DNA of 64,000 bases from IMG/VR virus record IMGVR_UViG_3300032291_002524, positions 1 to 64,000 of that record; one strand, given 5' to 3'. This stretch comes from a virus. Under the pieces are notes generated by a model. The model ran no database searches. It had not been told where the DNA came from and worked only from the letters and a program-made list of their open reading frames with translations. The position numbers were made by a program, and so were the translations under genes. Positions 31,589 through 41,924 of the stretch are shown in pieces (positions within the stretch are counted from its first letter, which is position 1; every line of letters begins with the position of its first letter).

Positions 31589-33100
31589 TTATTTTATTTT
31601 TGACATAAGGTCCTTCATTCTTAAGAACTGTGGATTTTCATATGTCTTACTTTCAATCAAATTTGTTGAACCTTTTGAAGGTGTTCTATCGATATTTTCA
31701 ACAATTGATTCTTTAACCACTGTTGTTTTTTTACCATCTAACTCACCCTTAATCTGTGTATAAAGATTTTTAGATTCTTTGATTGTTTCGACGTTATCGA
31801 AACGTCTCATTATGTTTATTTTTTCTTGTTTAGTTGTTGAATGTTCAGTGAACAATTTAGTAGCGTAAGCTAAATTTGAATTGAATACAGCCACTTCGTT
31901 TAATTTTTCTCTGAAAATATTTAACGCTTTTCTATATTCATCATTTTTAGTTCTTAAAGTTTCAACTTCCTCTTTTAATGCGGAATTAGTTACAACTTTC
32001 ATTTTTGGAAGACCTCTCTTAGGGTAATTTCTACTACCATTTCCAAAAGTTCTTGACGCTTCTGTAGTTTCTTCTTCTTCAAAAGCCTTTCTCTTCAAAG
32101 TATCACCTTCTTTAAATTCACCTTTTACGAATTTTTTAGCATCTGAAGATATTTTTCCTTTAGGTCCTTTGTGAATGTTTTCACCTTTGAATACAACCTT
32201 TTTAGGTCCGTTACCTGTCAAACCTTTTGGTTTTACGGTCATTAACTCGTTCATTTCGTTTTCGCTCATTGGTTTTCTTTTACGAACTTTAAAAGGTTTT
32301 TGATATTTGTCTTTATACGCATTAAAGAGATTTTTATCACTGTCACTTTCAGGTTTAAACCATCTTTGTTTATCACCATACTTCGATACTAAGTCATCAT
32401 AAGAGTCAATATCTTCTTCATCATAGTCAAAATCAAAACCACCTTTATATTGTCTATCATTCTTATCGTACCAACCATGTTCATCGTCAATACTCATAAA
32501 CATATCATCTTCGTCTTCCATTTCAATTTCATAGACGATTTCTTCATCACCATCTTCAAATTCAACTTCATCATATGACTCATCATCCATATCTAATTCA
32601 TCATCACCATCAATTGGGAATGACATAGAATCTGTTTGTGTTAACATGTCAACGTCGGCATTATTACCATTCTTTTGAATGATAAGTCTGTCTTCGTCAC
32701 CCATACCCATAACAACTTTTAGGATTTCATCATCTGATGCTTGTGTTAAATCTAACGGTGATAATTCATCTTCGTCGTCCATCATATCTTCATCTGACAT
32801 TTCATCACCCATGTCTGACATAGGTAATTCCATTTCATCATCTGACATGTCGATTTCTAATGAATCTTCCTCTTCTTGTTCATCCATACTCATGTGAGTA
32901 CCTTCTTCCATTTCAGGAGACATTTCATCTTCCATCATTTCATTTCCAGCCTCATCTTCCAAAGACTCTTTTACTAATTCTTCGATTTCACCCTTCATTA
33001 TAGAAGAGAGTATTCCTTTTGAGTTTTCAGTTACTACCTGTTGCAAATTTTTCATTTGTAATAAGGCATCTTCAACTAATGATTTTTTTTCTGTGCTCAT
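31589..33100 (-). CDS. Prohead core/scaffold protein
   Basis: Very acidic with a coiled-coil C-terminus (LNEVAVFNSNLAY); immediately upstream of the capsid gene. Confidence 0.75.
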   Translation of the reverse strand: MSTEKKSLVEDALLQMKNLQQVVTENSKGILSSIMKGEIEELVKESLEDEAGNEMMEDEMSPEMEEGTHMSMDEQEEEDSLEIDMSDDEMELPMSDMGDEMSDEDMMDDEDELSPLDLTQASDDEILKVVMGMGDEDRLIIQKNGNNADVDMLTQTDSMSFPIDGDDELDMDDESYDEVEFEDGDEEIVYEIEMEDEDDMFMSIDDEHGWYDKNDRQYKGGFDFDYDEEDIDSYDDLVSKYGDKQRWFKPESDSDKNLFNAYKDKYQKPFKVRKRKPMSENEMNELMTVKPKGLTGNGPKKVVFKGENIHKGPKGKISSDAKKFVKGEFKEGDTLKRKAFEEEETTEASRTFGNGSRNYPKRGLPKMKVVTNSALKEEVETLRTKNDEYRKALNIFREKLNEVAVFNSNLAYATKLFTEHSTTKQEKINIMRRFDNVETIKESKNLYTQIKGELDGKKTTVVKESIVENIDRTPSKGSTNLIESKTYENPQFLRMKDLMSKIK

Positions 33101-33184
33101 TTTTTAGCAATAAAAATTGTTTTATTTTCATTATAAATATGTTCAATTTAGAAAAAGTTATATTTGGAAATAGATTAAAATAAA

Positions 33185-33208
33185 AAAAACCCGATTTCTC
33201 GGGTTTTT
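33185..33208. terminator. Intrinsic terminator
   Basis: AAAAACCCGA-tttc-TCGGGTTTTT. Confidence 0.75.
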
Positions 33209-33233
33209 AGTTTTAAATTAATAAGTTTTTTAA

Positions 33234-33443
33234 TTAATCGAACACTTCATCGATTTTACTTTCAGATACTGATGTTATTCTCCAATCATGTTGAAATCCT
33301 TTAAATTTGTCAGTGACTTTGGCTTCAACATCGGTAACGGAATACCCTTTAACCAATTTCTGTTCTGCGATTTTTTTAATCTTACCTGAATTTTCATCAA
33401 TTAAATCGTACTGAATTTTTGCTACAAAATATTTTTGGTCCAT
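33234..33443 (-). CDS. DUF4494-like small protein (family typical of Bacteroidota)
   Basis: F.AKI.Y....E..GK.KK..E..LV...S.T..EA......F....I..V.E..I.EVF pattern recalled from DUF4494. Confidence 0.6.
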   Translation of the reverse strand: MDQKYFVAKIQYDLIDENSGKIKKIAEQKLVKGYSVTDVEAKVTDKFKGFQHDWRITSVSESKIDEVFD

Positions 33444-33451
33444 ATTATATA

Positions 33452-34165
33452 TTATCTATTTCCCAAAAAATCGTTTAATTTTGTCATTAAGTCAAGTGAT
33501 TTCGATAATCCTCCGTAATTTTTTGGTTCGTTAACCTTTTTTTCTTCTTCTAACTTCTCATCATATAATTGTCTATCATCTTTATTTAAGTAAAGATACG
33601 CGCCAGGTGTTGATGGATTCATAACTAAGTCAAAACATATAAATTCATAGTCATCTTTAACTTCATTATATTCACCTTTCTTTTCTAATGAACCAACACC
33701 ACGAGATGATACACCCATAGTGACACCTTGTCTCATTAGATTAGCCGCTATGTCCCCCTTGGTTGAAACAATCCCTCTTTCGTGAAACCCTGGTGATGTT
33801 AATAATCTTAACTTACCCATCAATACATTATCATCCCACCATACTTCATCAATAATATGTGAAACACGGTCCAAATCAATTAATGATGATTCGGGGTGAT
33901 TTAATTCCGAAGTGGACAAACCTTTTTCAATTAAATGTTGATATTTTTCAGCTTCTCTTCTTAGGATTTTTTCAGGATAAATTCTACCGTTTCTATTTGG
34001 TATTCCATACTTTTGTAATGTTGCATAAAAAACAAATGGTTTAGAATGGTCCAATTGAGTCTTTTTCCCAAAATTTTCATTAAGTGAATTTTTCCAAGAC
34101 ACAGAACCTGCATCATATTCGATTAATATCCCTTTACCAATTTCATTAGGTCCTAATATTTTCAT
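33452..34165 (-). CDS. gp21: Prohead protease (T4 gp21-like); start reassigned to ATG at 34165
   Basis: NRNGRIYP, ELNHP, VSH, GVSSRGVGS, FDLVMNPSTPGA. The upstream 39 codons overlap the next gene and contain the TATTTAT motif. Confidence 0.92.
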   Translation of the reverse strand: MKILGPNEIGKGILIEYDAGSVSWKNSLNENFGKKTQLDHSKPFVFYATLQKYGIPNRNGRIYPEKILRREAEKYQHLIEKGLSTSELNHPESSLIDLDRVSHIIDEVWWDDNVLMGKLRLLTSPGFHERGIVSTKGDIAANLMRQGVTMGVSSRGVGSLEKKGEYNEVKDDYEFICFDLVMNPSTPGAYLYLNKDDRQLYDEKLEEEKKVNEPKNYGGLSKSLDLMTKLNDFLGNR

Positions 34166-34193
34166 AAATTGTTTTTTATAATAAATATAAGGT

Positions 34194-34652
34194 TCAAATA
34201 AAGTTTTTGTTTTTTGTTGTATCTTTAGATAGTTGAATGTCAAAATATTTTGACTTAGATAGAATATTATTATGAATTTCATTCATAATAAGTTCAACTT
34301 CATTTTTAATTTTTTCAGATTTGAAGTCACACGGTTCTTTTAAAAATAATGTTATTTCTAAATTTAAGAAACTCGATTTTGATAATTTAATACCACTTGT
34401 TCTTAAATCCATGTCAACAATAAAATTATCTTTAAATAATTTTCTATTACAAATATTTAATATTTTATGTTTTATGGTTCTTGATATTGAACCTACTGTT
34501 AAATTCCAATTTCCTCTTTCTTCTTTTGGTACCACCCAAGTTTGAATTACGATGTAAATTGATTTTAAATCTGTTGTATCAACACTACCATAATAACATT
34601 TAGCGTCACGAAACAAATTTAAACTAATCGTCTTTCCTTTTTTCATCCTCAA
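34194..34652 (-). CDS. Hypothetical head-cluster protein
   Basis: 152-aa ORF divergent from rpsU. Confidence 0.65.
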   Translation of the reverse strand: MRMKKGKTISLNLFRDAKCYYGSVDTTDLKSIYIVIQTWVVPKEERGNWNLTVGSISRTIKHKILNICNRKLFKDNFIVDMDLRTSGIKLSKSSFLNLEITLFLKEPCDFKSEKIKNEVELIMNEIHNNILSKSKYFDIQLSKDTTKNKNFI

Positions 34653-34752
34653 ATCATAATAATTACATGTTTATTTTGGTTAAAATATACGAAAAAAAAA
34701 CTTATTAACAAAATTTATTTTAAATTGTATTTATAATTAAAACAGATTAAAC

Positions 34753-34941
34753 ATGATTTACATTGAAATAAATAAGGGTGAAAATTTAGAAAAAGCATTA
34801 AAGATTTATAAAAATAAAATTAAATCGACAAAACAAACCGAACGAATTAGAAAAAAACAAGAATTTATTAAAAAATCAGTTATTAAACGTAATATGATTA
34901 ACAAGGCAAAGTATAAACAAAAATTTATAAATAACGATTAA
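34753..34941 (+). CDS. rpsU: Phage-encoded 30S ribosomal protein bS21
   Basis: 62 aa, Lys-rich. I....GENLEKALK.YK.K.......IRK...F.K.SV.KR....KA.Y matches flavobacterial bS21. Confidence 0.9.
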   Translation: MIYIEINKGENLEKALKIYKNKIKSTKQTERIRKKQEFIKKSVIKRNMINKAKYKQKFINND

Positions 34942-34942
34942 A

Positions 34943-35239
34943 ATGATTAAAAAGAAATTATTTTTTGGATGGACAAATATTAAATGGTTTATAACTGAAA
35001 TTATTAATTTATATACAGGTAAACCTTCCTATTTTTCGAAAAAAAGGGTTGAATCAGGTATCGCATTTTTCATCGGTCAATGGGGTATGATATATTTCGT
35101 AATTGAAAACTTATCAAAAATGACAACATCTGATATGGTACTTTGGGCCGGTGTTGAATTTGCAGTTAGTGGTTATATGGTTAACCAAATACAAAAAGAA
35201 AAAAAGAATTTAAAAGAAGATATCGAAGAAGAAGTTTAA
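34943..35239 (+). CDS. Small membrane protein (about two TM helices)
   Basis: Hydrophobic GIAFFIGQWGMIYFVI and MVLWAGVEFAVSGYMV, charged C-terminus; starts one base after the rpsU stop. Confidence 0.6.
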   Translation: MIKKKLFFGWTNIKWFITEIINLYTGKPSYFSKKRVESGIAFFIGQWGMIYFVIENLSKMTTSDMVLWAGVEFAVSGYMVNQIQKEKKNLKEDIEEEV

Positions 35240-35240
35240 C

Positions 35241-35268
35241 AAAAAACCCCCATATTTGGGGGTTTTTT
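35241..35268. terminator. Bidirectional intrinsic terminator
   Basis: AAAAAACCCCCA-tatt-TGGGGGTTTTTT between convergent genes. Confidence 0.85.
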
Positions 35269-35999
35269 TATATTGATTCTGATAATTTTTTTAATCGATA
35301 ATATGATAAAGAATCAATTGATGTGTTTTCCACTTTTACCTTAGTACTGTTAATTGTTTTCTCAATTACATCATCATCGATTTGTACCGAATCTAATTTA
35401 TTAAGAATTTCGGTTTTTAATCTTGAAATGCCTTCATTTAATTCATTTGAATCCATTCTCAAAATAGATTTTAATTCAAACAATTCCGATTCAGATAACT
35501 CACTGTATTCTTTTGCGAAAGTTTCCGACACAATATTAAGCATATCTGATATTGGAATATTGATGGTTTCCGTTAATTGACTTTCGTTTTCAACATCTTT
35601 CGAAATTAACTGTAATGTTAATTTATTTTTTGATTCAATTAGATTAATAAAATCCGACGCATTTTTAGCGTTCACCATATTATCAATATCTTGATAATCA
35701 TTAGTAACATCTTCATTTAATGTTTCAACCCAAGAATCAAATTCTTCAAATTGTCTTTTATTGTTGTTAATTTTTGTTTTAATTGTTTCCACACTATATT
35801 CCAAAAAATCTTTAGCAACATCTTCATTAAGGTTATTTGTTTTCATGATTGTTCCATAATCAATAAAAACCTCACCAACTTCCTTATTATTATCTATAAA
35901 TTCTTTAAACTCTTTAACAATTCTTTTAAAATCATCAGTTTTATAAGTTGAAACAAAAGAGTTTTCAACAATACTTTTTAATAATCCAAAATTTCTCAT
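35268..35999 (-). CDS. Hypothetical head-cluster protein
   Basis: 243-aa helical ORF downstream of portal; TATTTAT-N4-ATG. Confidence 0.65.
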   Translation of the reverse strand: MRNFGLLKSIVENSFVSTYKTDDFKRIVKEFKEFIDNNKEVGEVFIDYGTIMKTNNLNEDVAKDFLEYSVETIKTKINNNKRQFEEFDSWVETLNEDVTNDYQDIDNMVNAKNASDFINLIESKNKLTLQLISKDVENESQLTETINIPISDMLNIVSETFAKEYSELSESELFELKSILRMDSNELNEGISRLKTEILNKLDSVQIDDDVIEKTINSTKVKVENTSIDSLSYYRLKKLSESI

Positions 36000-36012
36000 A
36001 TCAATAAATATC

Positions 36013-37854
36013 TTAACTATTTAATAGTTTATCTAACTCATTTTCAATTTCTTGAATTGACTCTCTACCCTTAGATAGTTTAATACTATCAATACCTTCT
36101 GTCATATTTTCTTCTAAAATTAAATTTAAATAATCTAATTGACTTTCAGGTGTTACTTCACTTGTTGGTGGTGAGGTAGATTCACCACCAAGTCCACCTA
36201 AATCAGATGAAGACGGTACACTTCCTAAGTCACTACCTAAACCACCTAAATCAGGTGAAGGGGAACCACCACCTAAATCATCAGTTTCGGATGGAGGTGT
36301 TGCGGCTTCGCCAGGTTTTTTACCGTATAACTTATCAAGATTATCAAATAAACCTGTATGAATAATAACTTCAGGAGTTTTTTGTAATTCGGCCCCAACA
36401 GCTCTTTCAATTCTTTGTTGTTGAATATCCAACTTAATTTCTTCATCTGAAAATCCAAGAATATGTTTTTTTGCCCATGTCGTTGAAACAGGTGCAATAC
36501 CATTTCCGGGGTCGGCAACCGCTGATTTATAAAGTTCGACTTTTTCTTTCCAAGTTTCCAATTTTAATAAATCTGCCTGAGATGATGGGTTTGTTAATCC
36601 TAATGTAAAATTGGTTAATTCGTCTTCAAAACCTAATATGAATAAGTGAATAATCGCAATTTTATTCAATTCTTGAATCATCGATTTTTGAATACGATTA
36701 ATTGTTCTGGCAAATCGAATATCTTGTAATGATAAATTTTTACCGTCACCAGCAGGTTCCTCAAAACCTAAGAACGCTTTTGGTACTCGAAGAGCTGTTA
36801 ATAATTTCTTTTGAATATATTCGATATCCGCAATCTCAGATAAATTTGTCGCCCCCGCCAATGTTTCAATTGGACTTGTTTGTGCAGCATCTCTTACAGG
36901 TACAAAGAAATCTTGGTCAACAGCCATCTGATTCATTCGTAAATCAACATTACCTGTTGATGGGTCAACAACTTGGTCTCTTTTAAATTTGTTGGCAATT
37001 CTTTGAATATATGGTTCAACATCTTTGTCATCCATATTTCCGACAAATATCTTAAAAACTCGTCTTTCGGGTGCTCTTGATGTACGATAAACCAACATGG
37101 CGTCCTCAGATAATAATAATTGTTTCCAAACTCTTCTTGCCTTTTCCAACATGGAAGTACCATAAGGTAATTTTCGGTCATCACCCAATAATCTAAAATG
37201 GGCAATTTCCCATGTGTTGAACTCCATGTCTTTAACCTTCCACACAAATTTTAAAGAAGTTGCTTCTTCTGATGTATTATGTGAAGGTTTTACTTTCATC
37301 CCCCTCTCCAATCGTTCCATTTCAATGTTAGGTAATTGTTGACATCCAACGATACCTTTTTCAGGGTCTAATTTCATATAGACAAAATTATCACCGTATT
37401 TACAAGTATTGCGTGTCCACATTGGGAGATTTGTATTGATATCTAACCTGTTATTAAATAAATCCGCCAATACCCCCTTAATACGATTTGATTCAGAATA
37501 TATTTGTAATATAAAACCATCTTCATTCGTCGTTGTTGATTCTTCGGCATAAATGTCCAACGCTGCGGAAATTTCGGGTGTATATTCCATGGATTCATAA
37601 TCATAATACGATGCCAATCGTGTTGGTTCATAATAGATTGCTTGGGAATATAAATTATTCTCAATCTTACCCCATTGTTGTCCTAAGTAATAACTTTGCT
37701 GAGCTTGGAGCTTTTCCTTTTCAAATTCTTGTTTATCTGTTGTCTTTAATAGTTCTTTTTTGTCGAACTTATATATTGGCGGTTGTTGTCCTAAAGTTGA
37801 ATCAGGTCCAAAAACTTTCGAAAGTCGTTGCCAAAGTGTAAATTGTTGTGCCAT
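36013..37854 (-). CDS. gp20: Portal protein (T4 gp20-like)
   Basis: PEISAALDIYAEE, PYGTSMLEKARRVWKQL.L.EDAML.YR..RAPERRVF.I.VGNM, IETL.G, L..AL.VP. Confidence 0.95.
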   Translation of the reverse strand: MAQQFTLWQRLSKVFGPDSTLGQQPPIYKFDKKELLKTTDKQEFEKEKLQAQQSYYLGQQWGKIENNLYSQAIYYEPTRLASYYDYESMEYTPEISAALDIYAEESTTTNEDGFILQIYSESNRIKGVLADLFNNRLDINTNLPMWTRNTCKYGDNFVYMKLDPEKGIVGCQQLPNIEMERLERGMKVKPSHNTSEEATSLKFVWKVKDMEFNTWEIAHFRLLGDDRKLPYGTSMLEKARRVWKQLLLSEDAMLVYRTSRAPERRVFKIFVGNMDDKDVEPYIQRIANKFKRDQVVDPSTGNVDLRMNQMAVDQDFFVPVRDAAQTSPIETLAGATNLSEIADIEYIQKKLLTALRVPKAFLGFEEPAGDGKNLSLQDIRFARTINRIQKSMIQELNKIAIIHLFILGFEDELTNFTLGLTNPSSQADLLKLETWKEKVELYKSAVADPGNGIAPVSTTWAKKHILGFSDEEIKLDIQQQRIERAVGAELQKTPEVIIHTGLFDNLDKLYGKKPGEAATPPSETDDLGGGSPSPDLGGLGSDLGSVPSSSDLGGLGGESTSPPTSEVTPESQLDYLNLILEENMTEGIDSIKLSKGRESIQEIENELDKLLNS

Positions 37855-37891
37855 TTTATTAATTATAATTCATTTATCATCGATTTAAAGA

Positions 37892-39664
37892 TTATCTTCT
37901 TCCGTTGAATAACCATAAATAGTTTTGATAATCCGTTTTAGTTGGATTGGTACCAAAACTAGTCCCATATGATGATGGTGACATAACCGGAAGACCAGGG
38001 TTAAATTCTAACATTTTTTGTGATGAATCATTTTTCACAACATCCCAAGAATTTAACATCGCCTTTGTTTGTTCTGTTACTTTTTCTAATTGACTATATG
38101 AATGTTGTCCAACATATAGTGCCATTGATATTGACATAATCAAATCGTCGTGATGACCTTTCATGTGGTCAGGTCTACCATTTATAAATACAAATGTGTT
38201 TAATTCACCAAGTAATCGCGATGAATAAACTTTAAAACCATGTCTTAACGATTCCTCAAATGCATTAATGATTTGTACACGTTTAGAGTTAAAGTTAATT
38301 CCCGGTATTTTTTCCATAGCCTTTGAGTTATATTCCCAAACATTAGCATAATTAACACCATCAACATATAGATTTCTATAACCCATTTCTTGTAATTTTC
38401 TGGAGGTTGAAACGCCCATACCACCTGTAATATCAATTACAATGAAAGCGTCATAATATGTTCCCCACTTATATGCAATCTCGGCAGCAACATCAGGAGG
38501 TACCTTTCCAAGATATTCGGCAACTTGTTCCCTTTCGTCAAAATCAATGATTTGAAATGATGTATAATCTTCAGAATCACCTCGTGACACATCAATACCC
38601 ATTATGTATTTATGACCAACCTGAGGTTCTTTCCAAATCCATAATTGATTTTGTACCATTTTACTCTCGGGGTTACACACAAATTCAGTTCTTATTTTTT
38701 CGATAATTCCACTATCAATAACATTATCACCTGAACCTAGAAAATTACATTCCAATTCCTGTGATATTTTTCTTTTGTCGAATTTTAATTTTTTGGCCAT
38801 TTTTTCATACCACTCTGAATGTGGTTTATAACCATCTTTCATTAATTTTTTAAAATCGTCAAAATTTCTTTGGTCTTGTGGAACATTTTCGTAAGAAATT
38901 ATTTCAACATCTGTATATTCTTCTCTATTAAGATAATAATGAACAAGGTCTTTAACTTTAATAAACTGAATATCTTTTGTATATCGTGGGTCTCGCCACC
39001 AAAACATTTCAGTTACTTTAAAATCATTCATTCCTTTAATTGATTGGTCATATATTGGATAATATATCGAATCATAACCATTTGGTGTTGAAATAACTAT
39101 AACTTTACCACCTGTTGAAAGTGACGCCATACACGCCGCCCAAAAATCGTCACCAGCGTCAATATACGCAGCCTCATCAAATATCAATATAGTGGGGGTG
39201 TATCCTCTAAGAGCGTCGTTAGATGTTGCCACGGCCTTTACCTCACAACCATTAGTTATTTTCCAATGTCGAGCGGCATTTTTTTCAGGAGCAAAATTAA
39301 CACCCATCCAATCTGGCCATTGTTCAGTAAATTGTCTGATTTTGTTTGCAAACTCAACAGAAGTATCTAATTTGTTTGCGATTATTAGAATTTTCTCAGG
39401 TTTTTCTTTTTTTGCAAATACAATTTTTTTAGATGCCCAAGCCGCGGTTACTGTGGATACTCCGGCCTGTCGGTATTTTAATGCAATATTTTCATCAAAA
39501 TTATCATAATCATCCACCAATTGAATTTGGTCGGAAAATAAGTCTAAAGGTACGAATTTTTGAACAGTATTATCATATGTTTGTAAATACGTTCTCAACG
39601 AATATGGTGTACTTTTAATACACTTAGCATATTCGATTAGTACTTGTTCTCTTGTTAATCCCAT
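37892..39664 (-). CDS. gp17: Terminase large subunit (T4 gp17-like)
   Basis: KYRQAGVST (variant Walker A), LIFDEAA (Walker B), ISTPNG, QELECNFLGS, GIDVSRG..DY, HDDLIMS. Confidence 0.95.
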   Translation of the reverse strand: MGLTREQVLIEYAKCIKSTPYSLRTYLQTYDNTVQKFVPLDLFSDQIQLVDDYDNFDENIALKYRQAGVSTVTAAWASKKIVFAKKEKPEKILIIANKLDTSVEFANKIRQFTEQWPDWMGVNFAPEKNAARHWKITNGCEVKAVATSNDALRGYTPTILIFDEAAYIDAGDDFWAACMASLSTGGKVIVISTPNGYDSIYYPIYDQSIKGMNDFKVTEMFWWRDPRYTKDIQFIKVKDLVHYYLNREEYTDVEIISYENVPQDQRNFDDFKKLMKDGYKPHSEWYEKMAKKLKFDKRKISQELECNFLGSGDNVIDSGIIEKIRTEFVCNPESKMVQNQLWIWKEPQVGHKYIMGIDVSRGDSEDYTSFQIIDFDEREQVAEYLGKVPPDVAAEIAYKWGTYYDAFIVIDITGGMGVSTSRKLQEMGYRNLYVDGVNYANVWEYNSKAMEKIPGINFNSKRVQIINAFEESLRHGFKVYSSRLLGELNTFVFINGRPDHMKGHHDDLIMSISMALYVGQHSYSQLEKVTEQTKAMLNSWDVVKNDSSQKMLEFNPGLPVMSPSSYGTSFGTNPTKTDYQNYLWLFNGRR

Positions 39665-39687
39665 TAAATATAAATACGCCGAAAAGA

Positions 39688-41010
39688 TTATTTCGACGTA
39701 TCTATACCTAAATCATCAAGAAAACTTAAATCAATATCATCGTCATCATCATTATCTGATGAATATGATGGATAATCATCGTCATCATCACCTTCGTAAG
39801 ATGAGTCTAAAATTTCATCTAAATCTTGTTGATTTAATCTGTTAATAATATCATCAGCAATTTTTTCCATATCACGGTATGCGGATGTATCACCACTATT
39901 AATTCTTTGAGCTAAAGATGTGAATTTATTTTTAGGTAACATTGAAAATTCTCTAAAAATAAGACTTTGTACTATTTTCATATTTTCAATAAGAACTTTC
40001 TCAGGATAAGATTCTAATAGTTTTTCCCACAAGTAAGCCCCGATAATTATGTCAAAGATTTCATTAGTTATAATGTCAGCCTTAGCCTTAACCATTTGAC
40101 CTTGTACAGGGTCTTCAGGTATTGAACCGGCCCCTAAAATATCATAATAACCTTTAATCAATTCATGGACTAATATTGGAAACATAACCGCCTTTGCCTT
40201 AACAACAAAATTACCAGTCTCATTTCCTTCTTCATCGGTTTCCATTTCAATTTCTTCTGAACCACCCATGCTTTGACCTGCTGCGGCCATTTGTTCCATC
40301 ATATCAGGTGGTAATAACCAATACAAATAATCATTCATCGCCATCAATGCCCCATATTTGTCTGTAATACCAGGCTCCATTTCTTCAAGACTATCTCTAA
40401 TCAATTCGAACATATAATGTCCTTTTTTAGCTGCTCCTTGAATAATTGCGTTCATAAATCTTCTTTTAGCGACTAAGAAATCGAAATGTTCGAACGCATC
40501 CACAAAATCTTCTAAATCTTCACCTGAATCTTCAAACGCCAATTCGATATCTTCAGACGAAAATTCATCAGGTTCTGATTGAAAGTTTTCACTTCCCGCT
40601 TGTCCCATACCTACTAATTTTGGGTCGAACTTTATAAATTCAGCGTATTTTGGGTCAACTAATTCACCTGAAACTAATTCAACTGCCAAATTTTCCAATT
40701 CTTCTTTTCTTGTTGATTCAAATGTTGAAACCTCATTAAATAATCGCATTAACATCATTTGAAGTCCCATCATATTATTAGGTACATTCATACCTAAATA
40801 TCTTTCTAACTTTTGTACAACATCTCTAAATCTTTTAGACGCAGCAATTTCCTCAAACGATTGATTGTCATTTTCACCTTTTTTTGGTATAAAAGGACTT
40901 TGTGACATCGGTGTTTCACCTCTCTCAATTTTACTTTTCAATTCAGGATTCATTCTAAAACCCTGAGGTTCGTCGATAGGCGCTTCAAATATTTTTCTAT
41001 TTTTTTTCAT
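39688..41010 (-). CDS. Hypothetical protein
   Basis: 440-aa ORF with KRR..NA.IQG and FPILVHELIKG motifs and an acidic tail. Confidence 0.65.
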   Translation of the reverse strand: MKKNRKIFEAPIDEPQGFRMNPELKSKIERGETPMSQSPFIPKKGENDNQSFEEIAASKRFRDVVQKLERYLGMNVPNNMMGLQMMLMRLFNEVSTFESTRKEELENLAVELVSGELVDPKYAEFIKFDPKLVGMGQAGSENFQSEPDEFSSEDIELAFEDSGEDLEDFVDAFEHFDFLVAKRRFMNAIIQGAAKKGHYMFELIRDSLEEMEPGITDKYGALMAMNDYLYWLLPPDMMEQMAAAGQSMGGSEEIEMETDEEGNETGNFVVKAKAVMFPILVHELIKGYYDILGAGSIPEDPVQGQMVKAKADIITNEIFDIIIGAYLWEKLLESYPEKVLIENMKIVQSLIFREFSMLPKNKFTSLAQRINSGDTSAYRDMEKIADDIINRLNQQDLDEILDSSYEGDDDDDYPSYSSDNDDDDDIDLSFLDDLGIDTSK

Positions 41011-41924
41011 TACTTCAATTTAAAACCTTGTGATATAAATGTATTATAACTTAACCATTCAGGAGCTTTACCTGCCTTAGGACCGGGTAATGGACCTGGC
41101 TTTGTAAACGGATTTGCTTTACCGGGTCTTGTTGTTGGTTTTGTTGTTGGTTTTGTTGTTGGTTTTGTCGGTGCTGTTTGTGTATCACCCGCCTTAGGAC
41201 CGGGTAATGGACCTGGCTTTGTAAACGGATTTGCTTTACCGGGTCTTACGCCTGGTTTTGTTGTCGTTCTTTCTTTTTCTTTCGGTTTAGCCGGTGCAGA
41301 TGCCTGTTCAATCATAAACATTAATTGTTTTTTACTAATTGACTCAGGTATATACTTTTTAACTAACTTTGTCAAGCCCTCTTCGATTTCTTTGGTATCT
41401 TTCTTTTCGGGTAACTTTTTAAAATCAGGTGTTTTATCTGAAAATTCCTTAGCCCATTTACACCATTTCTTTTTAGCCTTTGGACTTTTTGTGTTTTCAC
41501 ATTTTGACCAAAAAAATTTTTGTTGTGACTTTGATTGGAACTTTTCAGTCATTTCCATTTCACCCACCATTTTTCTATCATTATTTTCAGGTGATGTATC
41601 ATCATCCATACCATCATCAGCCGATTGGTACTCATCATGTGAACCATATTGACCGGTATAATCTTGGTCATAATCCAATCCAAAATCATCCTCATCTATA
41701 TTTTTTTCAGATAAACCTATTTTTTTCATTTTTGACTCAACATCTGTTAGTTTTTTATCCAATAAATCCAATCCCTGAATTTTTTTTTCTATGTTAGGAT
41801 TTGTCGATTGTTCAATCAATCTTGTGTATAATAAGTTAATTTGAGATTCTGATAAACCTCTTAAAGTATTATAACTAAGACCTCCCGATATTAATTTTTC
41901 AATTTTATTACCTATATTACGCAT
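41010..41924 (-). CDS. Hypothetical protein with Pro/Thr/Lys repeats (candidate internal head protein)
   Basis: EKFQSKSQQ..F...C...W..WA.EF...TP....LPEK module and internal repeats. Confidence 0.65.
   Translation of the reverse strand: MRNIGNKIEKLISGGLSYNTLRGLSESQINLLYTRLIEQSTNPNIEKKIQGLDLLDKKLTDVESKMKKIGLSEKNIDEDDFGLDYDQDYTGQYGSHDEYQSADDGMDDDTSPENNDRKMVGEMEMTEKFQSKSQQKFFWSKCENTKSPKAKKKWCKWAKEFSDKTPDFKKLPEKKDTKEIEEGLTKLVKKYIPESISKKQLMFMIEQASAPAKPKEKERTTTKPGVRPGKANPFTKPGPLPGPKAGDTQTAPTKPTTKPTTKPTTRPGKANPFTKPGPLPGPKAGKAPEWLSYNTFISQGFKLK
41074..41247. repeat. Perfect 57-bp direct repeat (41074-41130, 41191-41247) flanking three 12-bp units
   Basis: GCCTTAGGACCGGG...ACCGGGTCTT twice, with (GTTGTTGGTTTT)x3 between. 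Encodes RPGKANPFTKPGPLPGPKA twice and KPTT repeats. Confidence 0.9.

Noticed and set aside
34166-34282. 39-aa N-terminal extension of the prohead protease
   Set aside because: It overlaps the upstream gene and contains the TATTTAT motif; ATG 34165 is the more plausible start.
41074-41247. 57-bp direct repeat as an att site or CRISPR repeat
   Set aside because: It lies in frame within a Pro-rich ORF, with no integrase or array context.
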